Source of the DNA: Bythopirellula sp.
GTDB lineage: Bacteria; Planctomycetota; Planctomycetia; Pirellulales; Lacipirellulaceae
DNA length: 64,000 nt
Assembly: GCA_965216565.1 (NCBI GenBank)
Contig: OZ244170.1
Coordinates: 864,001-928,000 of the forward strand
Direction: 5' to 3'
Part shown: positions 1 to 10,468 of the stretch, piece by piece
How positions within the stretch are numbered: the stretch's first letter is position 1
Layout of the letters: each line of letters opens with the position of its first letter
The notes under the pieces: generated by a model
What the model was told of the DNA's origin: nothing
Databases searched by the model: none
Seen by the model: only the letters and a program-made list of their open reading frames with translations
Position numbers and translations under genes: made by a program

Positions 1-176
1 TCGAGCACGATCAAATCAGGATTTTCCTGTTCCGAAATCTGATCCGTAAGCAGCGGCGCAGTACTGGGGCGGGGAGATGTAAGCACCTCGGCACCTTGGC
101 GGCGGAGTAGAGTGCTAAGTAGCTCTCTGTTCTCGCTGGAGGCATCAATGACCAAGACTCGGGCGTTATTTTTCAA
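1..176 (-). CDS. response regulator receiver-domain protein, N-terminal part (runs off window start)
   Basis: Manual translation from TTG at 176 (GGAG RBS at 185-188): MKNNARVLVIDASSENRELLSTLLRRQGAEV...PDLIVL(D). Not in the ORF track. Confidence 0.7.
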   Translation of the reverse strand, partial: MKNNARVLVIDASSENRELLSTLLRRQGAEVLTSPRPSTAPLLTDQISEQENPDLIVL

Positions 177-350
177 GCGAAAGGCTCCGCTAGTGATGGG
201 TAGGTTTTGTTGGTGGGCGACTCGGGGGGGCGCGAACCATAGAAACTCGATGGGCCCGTGTCAAAGTCAAAGCCTTCGACAAAGTTGAAAGTTAAAGGTG
301 TAAGTCAGGGTGCTCGGGAATTCGAAAAACACTCTCAGCTACCTCAGTAA

Positions 351-412
351 CTGTCATTCCGAGGTCTGCCGAGGAATCTGGCTGGACCCCTCGGCAGACC
401 TCGGCGTGACAG
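351..412. repeat. palindromic intergenic element, TGTCATT..GGTCTGCCGAG family, copy 1
   Basis: CTGTCATTCCGAGGTCTGCCGAGG...CCTCGGCAGACCTCGGCGTGACAG inverted arms; related copy at 61394-61508. Confidence 0.8.
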
Positions 413-771
413 AACGCTTTGAGTTTGGGATGTACTATCCGAATTCCCGCGCACCCTCTAGTAGATGTCAGCCAGTGTGTTGGAAGTGACAAGAGAGAAC
501 TCGTCTTAAAGGCTTCAGAGTTGAATCTCTGGGCGAGATTGGTCCGCTAGCATTCGCGGCTCTCATTTCAAAACACCCTAGAATCAACGATGTTTTCTGA
601 TGGAAAAGAGAATCGAGAAATGCTCTTTACGCCGCAGGGTGTTCTCGACACAATACGCCCCGCAATTTACCAGCCACCCCCCGGGCGAAATCGTCTGGAG
701 TGTTTCCGCAACTTGGGTGGTACCTACTTAAGATTGGTCAAGGAAGACCCTATCCAGCAAGGAGTGCTGAC

Positions 772-1410
772 GTGAGATCTCTGCTGCTCTCAGCCATCGT
801 TTCCGGATGTATCCTAGGTTCTGTCAGTGAGGCATTTGCCCAAGGCGCCTCGCCCAGTGCCAACGCAACTCGCTATGGCACGGCCGTTGTCGACGTGAGT
901 TACATCTTCAAAAACTATTCGCAATTCACCACTGCCATGAAGGGCCTCAAGGCCGAGATGGAACAAATCGATGGGGAACTTAAAAGCGAACGACAAGCCA
1001 TAGCTTCGAAAGAAGAACAACGCAAAACTCTCAATCCAAACACTCCTGATTTCAACAAGCTTGATGAAGAGATCGCGCGGGCAACTGCCGATTTTCAAAT
1101 CAAGGCAGGACGAATTCGTAAGCAGTTTTTGGAGAAAGAAGCCAAGGTGTACTACCAAACTTACCTGCAGGTAAGTAACGCAGTGCAACACTATGCCCAA
1201 AGCCACAATATTGGTTTGGTGCTTCGCTTCAATGGTGACCAAATTGATCCCAACGCTCGGGAGAAAATTCTGCATGCCATTAACAAGCCTGTGGTTTACC
1301 AGAACAACATCGATATTACCCCCGATGTTCTGGCACTGCTGAACCGAGGTGGGGCTCCAGGTGGATTGTCTCCAACCGCAACTCAGCCTCAGAACACTAC
1401 TCGGCGTTAG
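772..1410 (+). CDS. skp: OmpH/Skp family periplasmic chaperone
   Basis: GTG start after GGAG; signal peptide; AVVDV motif, coiled coil, C-terminal IDITPDVL; adjacent to lpxC-lpxA. Confidence 0.85.
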   Translation: MRSLLLSAIVSGCILGSVSEAFAQGASPSANATRYGTAVVDVSYIFKNYSQFTTAMKGLKAEMEQIDGELKSERQAIASKEEQRKTLNPNTPDFNKLDEEIARATADFQIKAGRIRKQFLEKEAKVYYQTYLQVSNAVQHYAQSHNIGLVLRFNGDQIDPNAREKILHAINKPVVYQNNIDITPDVLALLNRGGAPGGLSPTATQPQNTTRR

Positions 1411-1498
1411 CGTAGGCGGGAGGGAGTGTTGTCCCAACGAAACTCTGTTTCTTGCCAGGCAATGCTCTTTCGATGCCGCTTTCATGGGGGCCCATACC

Positions 1499-2374
1499 AT
1501 GTTGCCAAATAGATCGCCACAAACCATCAGCCGCCCGGTCTCCGTCCACGGCAGAGGTTACTGGAGTGGAGAAAAAGTTCGGGTGGAATTCCGCCCGGCT
1601 CCGGTCGGCAGTGGCATCCACTTTGTGCGAGACGATTTGGGCCCAAACGCTCGGATACCAGCCCTGGCGACACATCGAATTGATGTGCCGCGGCGGACGA
1701 ATCTGGCGAACCACTCGGTTAGAGTCGACATGGTCGAGCACATCTTGGCTGCATTGGCCGGTTTGGGTATCGACAATTGCGATGTCGGCGTAAATCAGCA
1801 AGAAATGCCGGGTGGCGATGGATCGTCGAAGGCCTATGTTGAAGCCTTGGACTCCGTTGGCATCGAGCAGCAGAACGGCGAGCTTTCTTGCTTCGAGATA
1901 AGCGAAGTGGTCCGTCAAGAGTGTGGTGAGTCTTGGATTGAGGCACGCCCCGCTACGAATGGCCAGTATTCGGTTCGCTTCGAACTAGATTATTCGCATG
2001 AGCCGGTTGTTGGCCAACAAGTCGCAGAGTCAGTTGTTACACCGGAGCTCTTCCGACGCGAGATTGCCCCCTGCCGAACGTTTGTGCTGGAACGCGAAGC
2101 GCAGGAACTGCGTCGCCGAGGACTTGGCGAAGGTGTCACGAATCAAGATTTGCTAGTCTTTGGCGAATCGGGACCGATCGACAATACCCTACTGTTCGAC
2201 AATGAATGTGCACGGCACAAACTGCTCGATGTTATCGGAGATTTGGCACTGACGGGTCATTCCCTTGTGGGGCAAATCATCGCTCACCGAAGCGGCCATC
2301 GGCTCAATTCGGCGCTGGCCGAAGAACTTATTGCCAAGTTTGCTGATCAACAACCCATCCGAGCCAGTGCCTGA
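1499..2374 (+). CDS. lpxC: UDP-3-O-acyl-N-acetylglucosamine deacetylase
   Basis: QTI..PVSV.GRG, VEHILAAL, MPGGDGSS, RHKLLDVIGDL, SGHRLN motifs. Confidence 0.93.
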   Translation: MLPNRSPQTISRPVSVHGRGYWSGEKVRVEFRPAPVGSGIHFVRDDLGPNARIPALATHRIDVPRRTNLANHSVRVDMVEHILAALAGLGIDNCDVGVNQQEMPGGDGSSKAYVEALDSVGIEQQNGELSCFEISEVVRQECGESWIEARPATNGQYSVRFELDYSHEPVVGQQVAESVVTPELFRREIAPCRTFVLEREAQELRRRGLGEGVTNQDLLVFGESGPIDNTLLFDNECARHKLLDVIGDLALTGHSLVGQIIAHRSGHRLNSALAEELIAKFADQQPIRASA

Positions 2375-2397
2375 GGACTCCCCCGAGACCAATTGTT

Positions 2398-3207
2398 ATG
2401 TCTATTAGCATCGCAACCACAGCCTGGATCGATCCCCGAGCGGAAATCGGCGCTGAAGTCGAAATCGGTCCGTTTTGCTCCATAGGTGCAGGCGCAAAGA
2501 TCGGGCGTGGTACGCGACTGATGAACAACGTGACCTTGATGGGCAACGTTACCTTGGGTTCAGAGAACGTCCTCTATCCGAATGTCGTTGTCGGAGCCGA
2601 GCCTCAGGACATTAGCTACGCTGGTGAAGAGACTGCCGTTGTGATTGGCGATCGGAATACCCTGAGAGAAGGTGTTACGATCAATCGCGGTAGCGAAAAA
2701 GAGGATGGTTTGACCCGCTTGGGGAATGACAATTTTTTGATGGCTAATAGCCATGTGGCGCATGATTGTAAGCTGGGCAGTCACATTGTGATTGCCAATG
2801 GCTCGCTCTTGGCAGGGCACGTTCATGTAAACGACCATGCTTCGATCTCGGGTGGATGCGCAGTGCATCACTTCGTGACTGTTGGGAGCTACAGTTTCTT
2901 GGCAGGACTGAGCCGAGCATTGCACGATGTGCCTCCCTATATGCTGGTCGAGGGTATCGCGGCCAAACCACGGTGTATCAACATTGTGGCACTAAAACGA
3001 AGTGGATTTTCCAACGCCGCCATCGATAGCCTGGCAGCCGTGCATCGTTTGCTCTATCGATCGAAGGTCGGTATTGCCCATGCCCAGGAGATTTTGCAAT
3101 CGAAGGATCAGCTCACTCCAGAAGTTGAGAAACTGTTTGCCTTCATCAGCCAACAACAAGAAGGTCGGCATGGGCGCGGTCGCGAAGTAACTCGGAGGGC
3201 CGCATGA
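2398..3207 (+). CDS. lpxA: acyl-ACP--UDP-N-acetylglucosamine O-acyltransferase
   Basis: Hexapeptide repeats, GAEPQD, REGVTINRG, HVAHDC, LAGHV, DVPPY. Confidence 0.93.
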   Translation: MSISIATTAWIDPRAEIGAEVEIGPFCSIGAGAKIGRGTRLMNNVTLMGNVTLGSENVLYPNVVVGAEPQDISYAGEETAVVIGDRNTLREGVTINRGSEKEDGLTRLGNDNFLMANSHVAHDCKLGSHIVIANGSLLAGHVHVNDHASISGGCAVHHFVTVGSYSFLAGLSRALHDVPPYMLVEGIAAKPRCINIVALKRSGFSNAAIDSLAAVHRLLYRSKVGIAHAQEILQSKDQLTPEVEKLFAFISQQQEGRHGRGREVTRRAA

Positions 3208-4322
3208 GCCGACTAAGACTTGCCGTTGTTGGTGCCGGGCACCTGGGACGAATTCACGCTCGATTGGCGTCGGAAGCAGAGAACATTCAACTGCAGGCGG
3301 TGGTAGACCCCGTCGCCGAAGCACGCGAACAACTTGCCGAACAACTCCGAACCCAAGCTGTAGGCGATTATCGCGAACTCTTTGGGCAAATCGATGCGGC
3401 AATTGTCGCCAGTCCCACTTCGACGCATTGTGAAGTCGTCAGCGAATTGCTTCGCGGCGGTGTTCATGTGCTCGTTGAGAAACCGATTACCACCACCGTA
3501 GAAGAAGCCGATCAGCTGGTGGCGCTAGCTCGTCAGCAGCAACTAATCTTGCAAGTTGGGCATGTCGAGCGATTCAATCCCGCACTGACCAGTGTGCAGG
3601 GCAAGCTTAACGATCCAAAGTTTATCGAGGCCCGCCGACTCAGCGGCTACACCTTCCGCTCGACGGATGTAGGTGTGGTGCTCGACTTGATGATTCACGA
3701 TATTGACGCCGTGCTGAGCCTTGTGCAGTCGCCTGTGGAAGAGGTGGAGGCACTGGGAGTTTCGGTCATGGGCGATCACGAAGATATGGCCAATGCACGA
3801 ATTCGGTTTGCCTCGGGTTGCATTGCCAATCTCACCGCATCACGCGTGAGCTACGAAAACCAAAGGCAAATGCAGGTGTTCACACCGAGTTCCTTCGCGG
3901 CTATTGATTTTGGGAATCGCAATGCGACATTCGTTGATCCTGCAGAATCTATTCTGGAGCGATCGTTCGCAGGCGAATCGCTCTCTGGTCCAGAGCGGGA
4001 GCACATCAAGAACAATCTATTTGAATCGCTCCTCTGTAAGCAAACGAATCCTCCACAAGAAGTCAACGCAATTGTTGAAGAGCAGCAAGACTTTGCACTA
4101 GCGATTGCGAGCGACAGCCAACCACAGGTACCCGGCACCGCGGGACGAGACGCGCTGGCCGTGGCCCACCAAATTCTTGATCAGGTGGCCCAGCACCAAT
4201 GGGATGGCAAGCAAGGACTCCGGCAGGGCCCCTTAGCTCTTCCGGAAACACCTCACGTGCTTTCGGTCGCCGATCACTGGTCCGTCGACGACACAGTGAT
4301 TCTCCGCCGCAAGGCTGGCTAG
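3204..4322 (+). CDS. Gfo/Idh/MocA family oxidoreductase (GnnA-like candidate)
   Basis: GAGHLG Rossmann motif, VEKP, GHVERFNP, DLMIHDID; ATGA overlap with lpxA. Confidence 0.85.
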   Translation: MSRLRLAVVGAGHLGRIHARLASEAENIQLQAVVDPVAEAREQLAEQLRTQAVGDYRELFGQIDAAIVASPTSTHCEVVSELLRGGVHVLVEKPITTTVEEADQLVALARQQQLILQVGHVERFNPALTSVQGKLNDPKFIEARRLSGYTFRSTDVGVVLDLMIHDIDAVLSLVQSPVEEVEALGVSVMGDHEDMANARIRFASGCIANLTASRVSYENQRQMQVFTPSSFAAIDFGNRNATFVDPAESILERSFAGESLSGPEREHIKNNLFESLLCKQTNPPQEVNAIVEEQQDFALAIASDSQPQVPGTAGRDALAVAHQILDQVAQHQWDGKQGLRQGPLALPETPHVLSVADHWSVDDTVILRRKAG

Positions 4323-4339
4323 CTATTTAGTTGCGACTA

Positions 4340-5815
4340 CTACGCCAAGTCGCGATCTTCGAAGAAGAATAGCGCTAGCAACATTGCAGCTGTGCAGTAC
4401 AGGGCACTGTATAGCAACGTCATCAGCAAATACTCCGGCGGCACGGGCGAGGAGCCCGCGATGGCACCCTCGATTTCATAGTGGTCGAGCACCGGCACCA
4501 GCGCAGCAATGAACTGGCCGATGAATTTCACGAAGACGAGCCGCCCCTCCAAGGCGGCTGATTTCACAATCAAGGGGCCGAGGTGGCCGAGGACGTAAAT
4601 CGATCCGCAGATTACCAGGTTGGGCAGCATCGACATGCGAGTGGAGATGGCGACGCTAATTGCGGCAATGACCACGGCTTCGAAAAACGCCAAAACCAGT
4701 CCTGGGACAATCCGCACGACCTCGGCGTAGCACTCTTGCCATTCGGGGGTCAATTTAGACGATTCGCGGGCGTCGTACACCACCTTGATCGAGACGCAGA
4801 ACAGAAAAATCAGTCCTAGGATGATGAACATCAGCAGGATGGGCCAGATGATTCCCAGGAACTTACCCAGGATAAACTGCCGGCGTCCTACGGGCTTTGA
4901 GAGGACGGTGAGTGCCGTTCGGCCTTCGATTTCATCAGAGACCGAGACGCTCGCGGTCCACAGGGCCACGATGATCGCCAAGATCTTGATTGTGACCATG
5001 CCAGAGGTCATCAGCATCTTTACATCTTCGCCGAAGGTGTTGTATGGAATCACGACAAAGGCGAACAGAGCCACCGCGCCGACTGCCAGCAGCAGCAAGT
5101 ACAACGGTTGGGTAACGGCTTCCTTCGCCGTGGCCGTGGCAATGACAGACACTCTAGGCGCCAGCCAATGCACCAGGAAGTAGATCGCAAAGAGTGAGAC
5201 AACGCTCGTGGCGGTGATCACCAAATCATGCACCTCGGGCATTTCGACGTCAGTAGTAAATGTACCCGTCACGGTCGTTGGCAGGCCACTTTCGTTGGTG
5301 AGATACAGCGTTTGGAAGTCGTCCTCAAACCCTCGTTGCAAATTACTGCCTGGCGACCATTGGTACAGGTCACCACTGCTTCCCTCGACAATTAGCAACG
5401 GTTCGGAAAACCCTTTCTCCGGCTCCGTGTGGATTGCAATGTCTTCGCCACTCTCGAACGAATAGCTTTGGATTTCGTCTACGCGGACCGGGAGGTCCAC
5501 CTCGAAGTCGGATGTCTCAGCCGGGACATCGACCGTGAACACTTTCTCGCCCACGTCAGTCATGCGGCCTAACGAAGCCCACATGCGCTCCAGGGGCATC
5601 AGCGGACTGGCCATCACAGCCAATATGGCCAAGGCAATCAGCGCGTACGAGATGGGCAGCAGGATGCTCTCTTGGACGGTCGTCAGCATCGATCGACCCC
5701 AGCGTCGGTTTATTGCTGTCGCAATTCCCCAGACGACTAGCAGAATGAGAGAGCCGATGGTGGCCCCGCAAGCGATCAGCCACACGGGCGTTAACCAAAC
5801 AGAAAGATTCGACAT
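4340..5815 (-). CDS. ABC-2 type transporter permease with an extra soluble loop
   Basis: Multiple TM helices; DEIEGRTALTVLSKPVGRRQFILGKFLG; C-terminal FEDRDL. Confidence 0.8.
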   Translation of the reverse strand: MSNLSVWLTPVWLIACGATIGSLILLVVWGIATAINRRWGRSMLTTVQESILLPISYALIALAILAVMASPLMPLERMWASLGRMTDVGEKVFTVDVPAETSDFEVDLPVRVDEIQSYSFESGEDIAIHTEPEKGFSEPLLIVEGSSGDLYQWSPGSNLQRGFEDDFQTLYLTNESGLPTTVTGTFTTDVEMPEVHDLVITATSVVSLFAIYFLVHWLAPRVSVIATATAKEAVTQPLYLLLLAVGAVALFAFVVIPYNTFGEDVKMLMTSGMVTIKILAIIVALWTASVSVSDEIEGRTALTVLSKPVGRRQFILGKFLGIIWPILLMFIILGLIFLFCVSIKVVYDARESSKLTPEWQECYAEVVRIVPGLVLAFFEAVVIAAISVAISTRMSMLPNLVICGSIYVLGHLGPLIVKSAALEGRLVFVKFIGQFIAALVPVLDHYEIEGAIAGSSPVPPEYLLMTLLYSALYCTAAMLLALFFFEDRDLA

Positions 5816-5944
5816 AAGGGTACAGACTGTCCGTAGAATTCAGGTAAGAGAATTGGAACGACACGAGTTTCGACAACGAGACTGTGAGACATCGTTAGCG
5901 GTCTGGGCTCGACGCGGAAATACGTTGGCCGCACACGAACAATC

Positions 5945-6235
5945 TTAATAGCGGATGTCGAAGTTGGCAAACTCGTCCGTGGCGGTTCGCCGATCGTGCG
6001 AAACGTGTTCCACGTGCCCAGACATGCGATTTGCTAGTTCCTCGTGGAATTTGTCCAGTTGCTCTCCGGAGCCCTCGGCTAACACTTCAACCGAGCCATT
6101 GGGCAAATTGCGGACATAACCCACCACGTCGAACGAGCGGGAGACGGCCCGCGTGGTATAGCGAAAACCAACGCCCTGAACCTGACCTTCATACAGAGAA
6201 TGCCGGCGCTCCAATACGGTCGTGGTCGCACTCAT
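5945..6235 (-). CDS. acyP: acylphosphatase
   Basis: GQVQGVGFRY and GYVRNLPNGSVE signatures; ATG at 6235 preferred as start. Confidence 0.9.
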   Translation of the reverse strand: MSATTTVLERRHSLYEGQVQGVGFRYTTRAVSRSFDVVGYVRNLPNGSVEVLAEGSGEQLDKFHEELANRMSGHVEHVSHDRRTATDEFANFDIRY

Positions 6236-6559
6236 CTTGTCTTGTCTCCTGTCATCAAAAAAAAGAACCGAGAGAAATCGTTCAAATTTCTGGATTCCGT
6301 TCCTGCGATATCCACCCTCGACTCTGCTCATAGATTCCAGACTGGCTAGTATATCGAGTGGCGATTCGTCCTACTAGAACCCGCGACGATTTCGGGCGAT
6401 TTGAGGCCTTCAATCTTTGGTCCAGCCGGCGGCACGCTCGTCTCCGGGATCTGACGGTTCGCGTGGCGATCTCGCTAATTGGTGGCTGTTGGCAAGCCTA
6501 TTGATGAAGGCCCGATTCGTCTTGACCGTTCGGTCTGGTTTACCTACTCTCCCCCGATC

Positions 6560-7609
6560 ATGGTCCGCCTGTTCCGTACATCCTGCGCCCTTTTTGCACT
6601 TTGTTGCCTGGCTCCTTCCCCCTCTTGGGGTGAGTTTGCTGTAGATTCCAATTCCGAGCAGCAAGAAGATGGTGCCTCGGAAGGGACCGATGGACTCCTC
6701 GTCCTGCGAAATGGCAACTTGCTATCGGGAAAGATACTGCGTCAGCAAGACCGATACCGAGTGGCCACTGCCACGAGCGAATTATTCGTGCGGGCTGACA
6801 AGGTAGAAATGTTCTGCCGTTCGATCGATGAGGTCTACCAACGTCGCCGTTTGCAACGCACAGGTTTGACGGCCGACTCGCACATCGAATTGGCTCGCTG
6901 GTGTATGCGGAATGGACTGCTGGAGTACGCAGCGCGTGAATTGCTTGATGCGCGGACCATTGATCCCGATCACCGTCGGCTACTCATGGTCCAACGGCAA
7001 CTCCAACTAGCGTTGGAAAATCAGCAGAGCACGCCCCAACAGACTACACAGTCTGACGAGCCGCCCGCGAAGATCGAGCAGCAAGACCTGGAAGATGTTC
7101 CTTTATGGGCCAGAAAACTATTTGTGCGTCAGATTCAACCGCTCTTGGTCGATTGTTGTGCCACTTCGGGCTGTCACCAGGTCGGCTCCACCGAATTGCT
7201 GCAGATCAATCGCCTGGCTGTGGAGGGTCCCGGACATCCGGGCACCACATTGCGAAACCTGTCGGCAATTATGAAGCAGGTGAATTTGAGCGAGCCAGAG
7301 GAGAGCCCGCTCCTGGTTCATGCCAAGCTCGCTCATGGAAAACAAGGTACTCGACCGCCACGCGCGTTGGAGCGTCATCAGTATCAGATGCTGCAAACTT
7401 GGATCCAACAAATGGCGGTGGCTCGCAGCAACGCCCCGGTCAACGAAGTCCGGCTCGCAGAATATCAAGAAGCCAGTCCCGACGATGCATTGCCGCTGAT
7501 TCGCCAGGCGCTCCAAGAAGAAGCGCAGGCACAGAATGAAGACGCGGCATCGAGCGATCCGTTCGATCCAGCTCGCTTCAACCAACAGCATCACAGCGGC
7601 GACGAGTAG
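6560..7609 (+). CDS. secreted hypothetical protein with a CX4CH motif
   Basis: Signal-peptide-like N-terminus, LRNGNLLSG, LARWC, IQPLLVDCCATSGCH. Confidence 0.65.
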   Translation: MVRLFRTSCALFALCCLAPSPSWGEFAVDSNSEQQEDGASEGTDGLLVLRNGNLLSGKILRQQDRYRVATATSELFVRADKVEMFCRSIDEVYQRRRLQRTGLTADSHIELARWCMRNGLLEYAARELLDARTIDPDHRRLLMVQRQLQLALENQQSTPQQTTQSDEPPAKIEQQDLEDVPLWARKLFVRQIQPLLVDCCATSGCHQVGSTELLQINRLAVEGPGHPGTTLRNLSAIMKQVNLSEPEESPLLVHAKLAHGKQGTRPPRALERHQYQMLQTWIQQMAVARSNAPVNEVRLAEYQEASPDDALPLIRQALQEEAQAQNEDAASSDPFDPARFNQQHHSGDE

Positions 7610-7681
7610 CGAAGACCAATCGTGGCGACCATGATCAGACTCGCAACAGTCTGATTTGGTGACAAGTCGGCTTGGTGACTT

Positions 7682-7903
7682 TCAGTTTGCCTCTGCCACT
7701 TCTACCGCTGGATCAGGCAGTGAACCTTCGTACTGGCCCGAATTGCTCGCGTAATTGCCAAACGCACTGCCTGCCCGGCCCTCGCAATTGCAATAGGGAC
7801 CATCGGCAACCGGGGGCAGGTAGTCGTAGCGACAACTGCCGCACATGCTGCATCCTGTGGAAACTAACAATAACGTCGCTACGGCCACGAGCTTGCTGCG
7901 CAT
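7682..7903 (-). CDS. small Cys-rich lipoprotein
   Basis: Hydrophobic leader ending STGC (lipobox-like), then CGSC..DY. Confidence 0.65.
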   Translation of the reverse strand: MRSKLVAVATLLLVSTGCSMCGSCRYDYLPPVADGPYCNCEGRAGSAFGNYASNSGQYEGSLPDPAVEVAEAN

Positions 7904-8035
7904 GGTGGGTCTTCTTTCAAACGCGGGAACTCAAGTTAGAAACGCGAAAGTGCGGGAACACTCGCGTACTAATCCCATCGACACTTGCGGAAGTGGCGCT
8001 GAAATAAATCAGCGATGACAGCAGTGCTGGCTGAC

Positions 8036-8725
8036 TCAATCCGCGGGCTTCGAGATTTTTAGTGCTTGGTAGATCCGCCCGTCGCGCAGGGTATTGGCCA
8101 AGAACTGGACGCCGTCGAAATCGTGTACGTGACTACGTCCAGCCGGCACGGCCACTGTGTAGGCACCGGAAGCCACGCCAGCTTGGCACCCGATTTGGCT
8201 ATCTTCAAGAATCATCATCTCTGCCGGTTCGATGCCGTGCTGTCTGGCCGCTTTCTGATAGACATCCGGGGCTGGCTTGCCTCGTTCGATGTCCTCGCAA
8301 GTGAGCACAAAGGAAAATCTGCCGCGGAGGTCAAACTTGTCGAGGGCAGTGTGCGCGAACTGTCGATGACTGCTGGTTGCGATACCCTTAGGAATATCGG
8401 CCGTCTCTAAGCTATCCAATAGAGTCAGCAAACCTGGCATGGTCTCGAGTTTGTCCTGCATCAGCCGAAACATAATCTCACGCGACTCCTGAAACAACTC
8501 GTCCACGGTCTCGGTGAGCCCATGCCAGTCGATCATTAGTTGCAAGGCAACGTCAGCCTTGCGACCCATCATCTGGTCGAGCAGATCCTGCGAAGATATC
8601 TTGCCGCGGCGTTCGAGAAGGACGTGATCGACTTCCTGGTAGAGATGTTCTGTGTTGAACATCAATCCATCTAGATCGAACGTGACGGCGCGAATAGAAC
8701 TTGGTGGACTTGGGAAGTCAGTCAT
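8036..8725 (-). CDS. HAD family phosphatase
   Basis: FDLDG, ATSS, KPAPD, EDS motifs. Confidence 0.9.
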   Translation of the reverse strand: MTDFPSPPSSIRAVTFDLDGLMFNTEHLYQEVDHVLLERRGKISSQDLLDQMMGRKADVALQLMIDWHGLTETVDELFQESREIMFRLMQDKLETMPGLLTLLDSLETADIPKGIATSSHRQFAHTALDKFDLRGRFSFVLTCEDIERGKPAPDVYQKAARQHGIEPAEMMILEDSQIGCQAGVASGAYTVAVPAGRSHVHDFDGVQFLANTLRDGRIYQALKISKPAD

Positions 8726-10386
8726 GGCTTCGGTGGGGCTTCTTTGGGTGAGTCATCTGAGGCTGGTGAGACGTCATAAATTGAATACCAAGCATTTCCA
8801 TAAACTTGCGGAAAGTCCAGAGGAGGATATTCGCGAGCAATCACATAATCGATCTTATACTTATTGGCGAGTTCTCGAATTCGCTCGGTTCCCAGTAGGG
8901 CCAGGGTGCCGACGGGTACCATCTGCCCGAATTCATCTTCGACTAAGAACACATCGCTGTAACGGTTGAACCAGTCGATGAGGGAGGCGGCATCCTGGGG
9001 GACATCTTTCCAAGTGACCAGGCTTTTACGCCCCGCATGCCAGGAGAGGGACTGCGAGGTACGCGGGACCAGGAACAAATCGTCAGGCGTGGAATTTTGC
9101 TTGGCCCAATCGCAGGCTTCGTGCCAGGCGACTACACCGGCAAGTTTGGCGTCCGCGGGGGCAGCGGGGAATCGCCAGCGGCTGATGCTGGCGTCGGCTA
9201 AATGCCAGGCAGGCAGCAGTAGAGCGATTCCAAGAGCCGCGGGGGCCAACTTGTTTCGCTGGCGGAATAGCCTGGCAATCCAAAAGCAGACCAGCAAACT
9301 TGCGGCGAGCGCTACGCCCGCATCGGCTAGGCGGAACCAATAGTATTTGAGAAGCGGAGCAACACTTTGTTCATCGTTGTATCTAGCCAATTCCACTAGG
9401 AGCCCAATGACACCAATCAAAAATGTAGCCGCCGAGAACCGGCAAATTCGATCCAGAGCCAAACCTTGACGCTCGCTGACGATGGTCGAGTTCCTGACTT
9501 TCGTGCGGAGCAACCCCCAAAGATACAAAAAGCCCAGCAGTGGTACGGCAAATCGCCGAGCGAGCATGACAATCCGTTCGGGCGTCTGATGCAGAAGTGC
9601 CAAGTGGTGCCTGAGACGCTCGAAGACATAGATGCGAGCCGCTTCGCGGCTTTCCTCCGCAGAAACTTGGGCGGTTAGTGCCAGCGCCGGCAAGATGCCC
9701 GGCAATGCCAATAAGAGACCGAGAATGAGAGAGGGCCCCATGCTGAGGAGAGAAGGACGCGTCTGGCGAGATTCAAGTAACCAAACCAGGCCAGCCGCGA
9801 TTGCCGCCCAGCCACCGACCAGCACGTGGAACGCCCCCCCCAAACCAAACCAAGGCCAAGCACGATTCCAACGCCCCTGAGACAGATTAGCAAGCCCAAG
9901 GAACACGCACGGATAGGCAAAAGTTTTTCCTTCGACACCACCCACAACCCATTCGCCAGCAAAGTTCATGTTGCTGGTAAGCCAAACGAACAAGGCCGCG
10001 GACAGCACCGAGGCAAATCTGGCATCGGTCACGCAGCGACTCAAACGCTGCCAACTCCAGGCGAAGGCCAGCCACGCCGCTAGTCGGCCAATCCAGGCCA
10101 CAGTTGCCAGCGAGAAGAATTGAGTCAGCCAGCCAACCGTCCAGTAAAAGGTGAGATGTGCGTCAGCCGACTCCAAAAAAGGATCGCCTGCACACCAGTC
10201 GGGCTGCCAGTAATGTTTAGCCTTGGGGAGATAGTGCGATTCGTTCACCTGTGGCGGAGGCGCTCCGCCGTGAACAAAGCAGACGACCAAGATCAGCGCA
10301 ATTTCCAAGTAGCGTTGCCAATTGCTTTGCTCGCGGGGAACATCATGTTCTGAAACTGCGGTCGCCATGCACTTAGCGTAGGACAA
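8722..10386 (-). CDS. polytopic membrane protein (DUF6798-like)
   Basis: Many TM helices; VNESHYL, GEWVVGGVEGK, WKDVP; start codon uncertain. Confidence 0.65.
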   Translation of the reverse strand: MSYAKCMATAVSEHDVPREQSNWQRYLEIALILVVCFVHGGAPPPQVNESHYLPKAKHYWQPDWCAGDPFLESADAHLTFYWTVGWLTQFFSLATVAWIGRLAAWLAFAWSWQRLSRCVTDARFASVLSAALFVWLTSNMNFAGEWVVGGVEGKTFAYPCVFLGLANLSQGRWNRAWPWFGLGGAFHVLVGGWAAIAAGLVWLLESRQTRPSLLSMGPSLILGLLLALPGILPALALTAQVSAEESREAARIYVFERLRHHLALLHQTPERIVMLARRFAVPLLGFLYLWGLLRTKVRNSTIVSERQGLALDRICRFSAATFLIGVIGLLVELARYNDEQSVAPLLKYYWFRLADAGVALAASLLVCFWIARLFRQRNKLAPAALGIALLLPAWHLADASISRWRFPAAPADAKLAGVVAWHEACDWAKQNSTPDDLFLVPRTSQSLSWHAGRKSLVTWKDVPQDAASLIDWFNRYSDVFLVEDEFGQMVPVGTLALLGTERIRELANKYKIDYVIAREYPPLDFPQVYGNAWYSIYDVSPASDDSPKEAPPKP

Positions 10387-10399
10387 TTCCCAAATTGGT

Positions 10400-10460
10400 G
10401 TAGCTGAATTCGCAAGAATTCAGAATTCGGATTGGCTGCGTTCTTGCGAATTCAGCTTCC
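10400..10460. repeat. GTAG-type REP-like inverted pair, copy 1
   Basis: GTAGCTGAATTCGCAAGAATTC ... TTCTTGCGAATTCAGCT; second pair at 13526-13585. Confidence 0.8.
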
Positions 10461-10468
10461 TGCGACCG

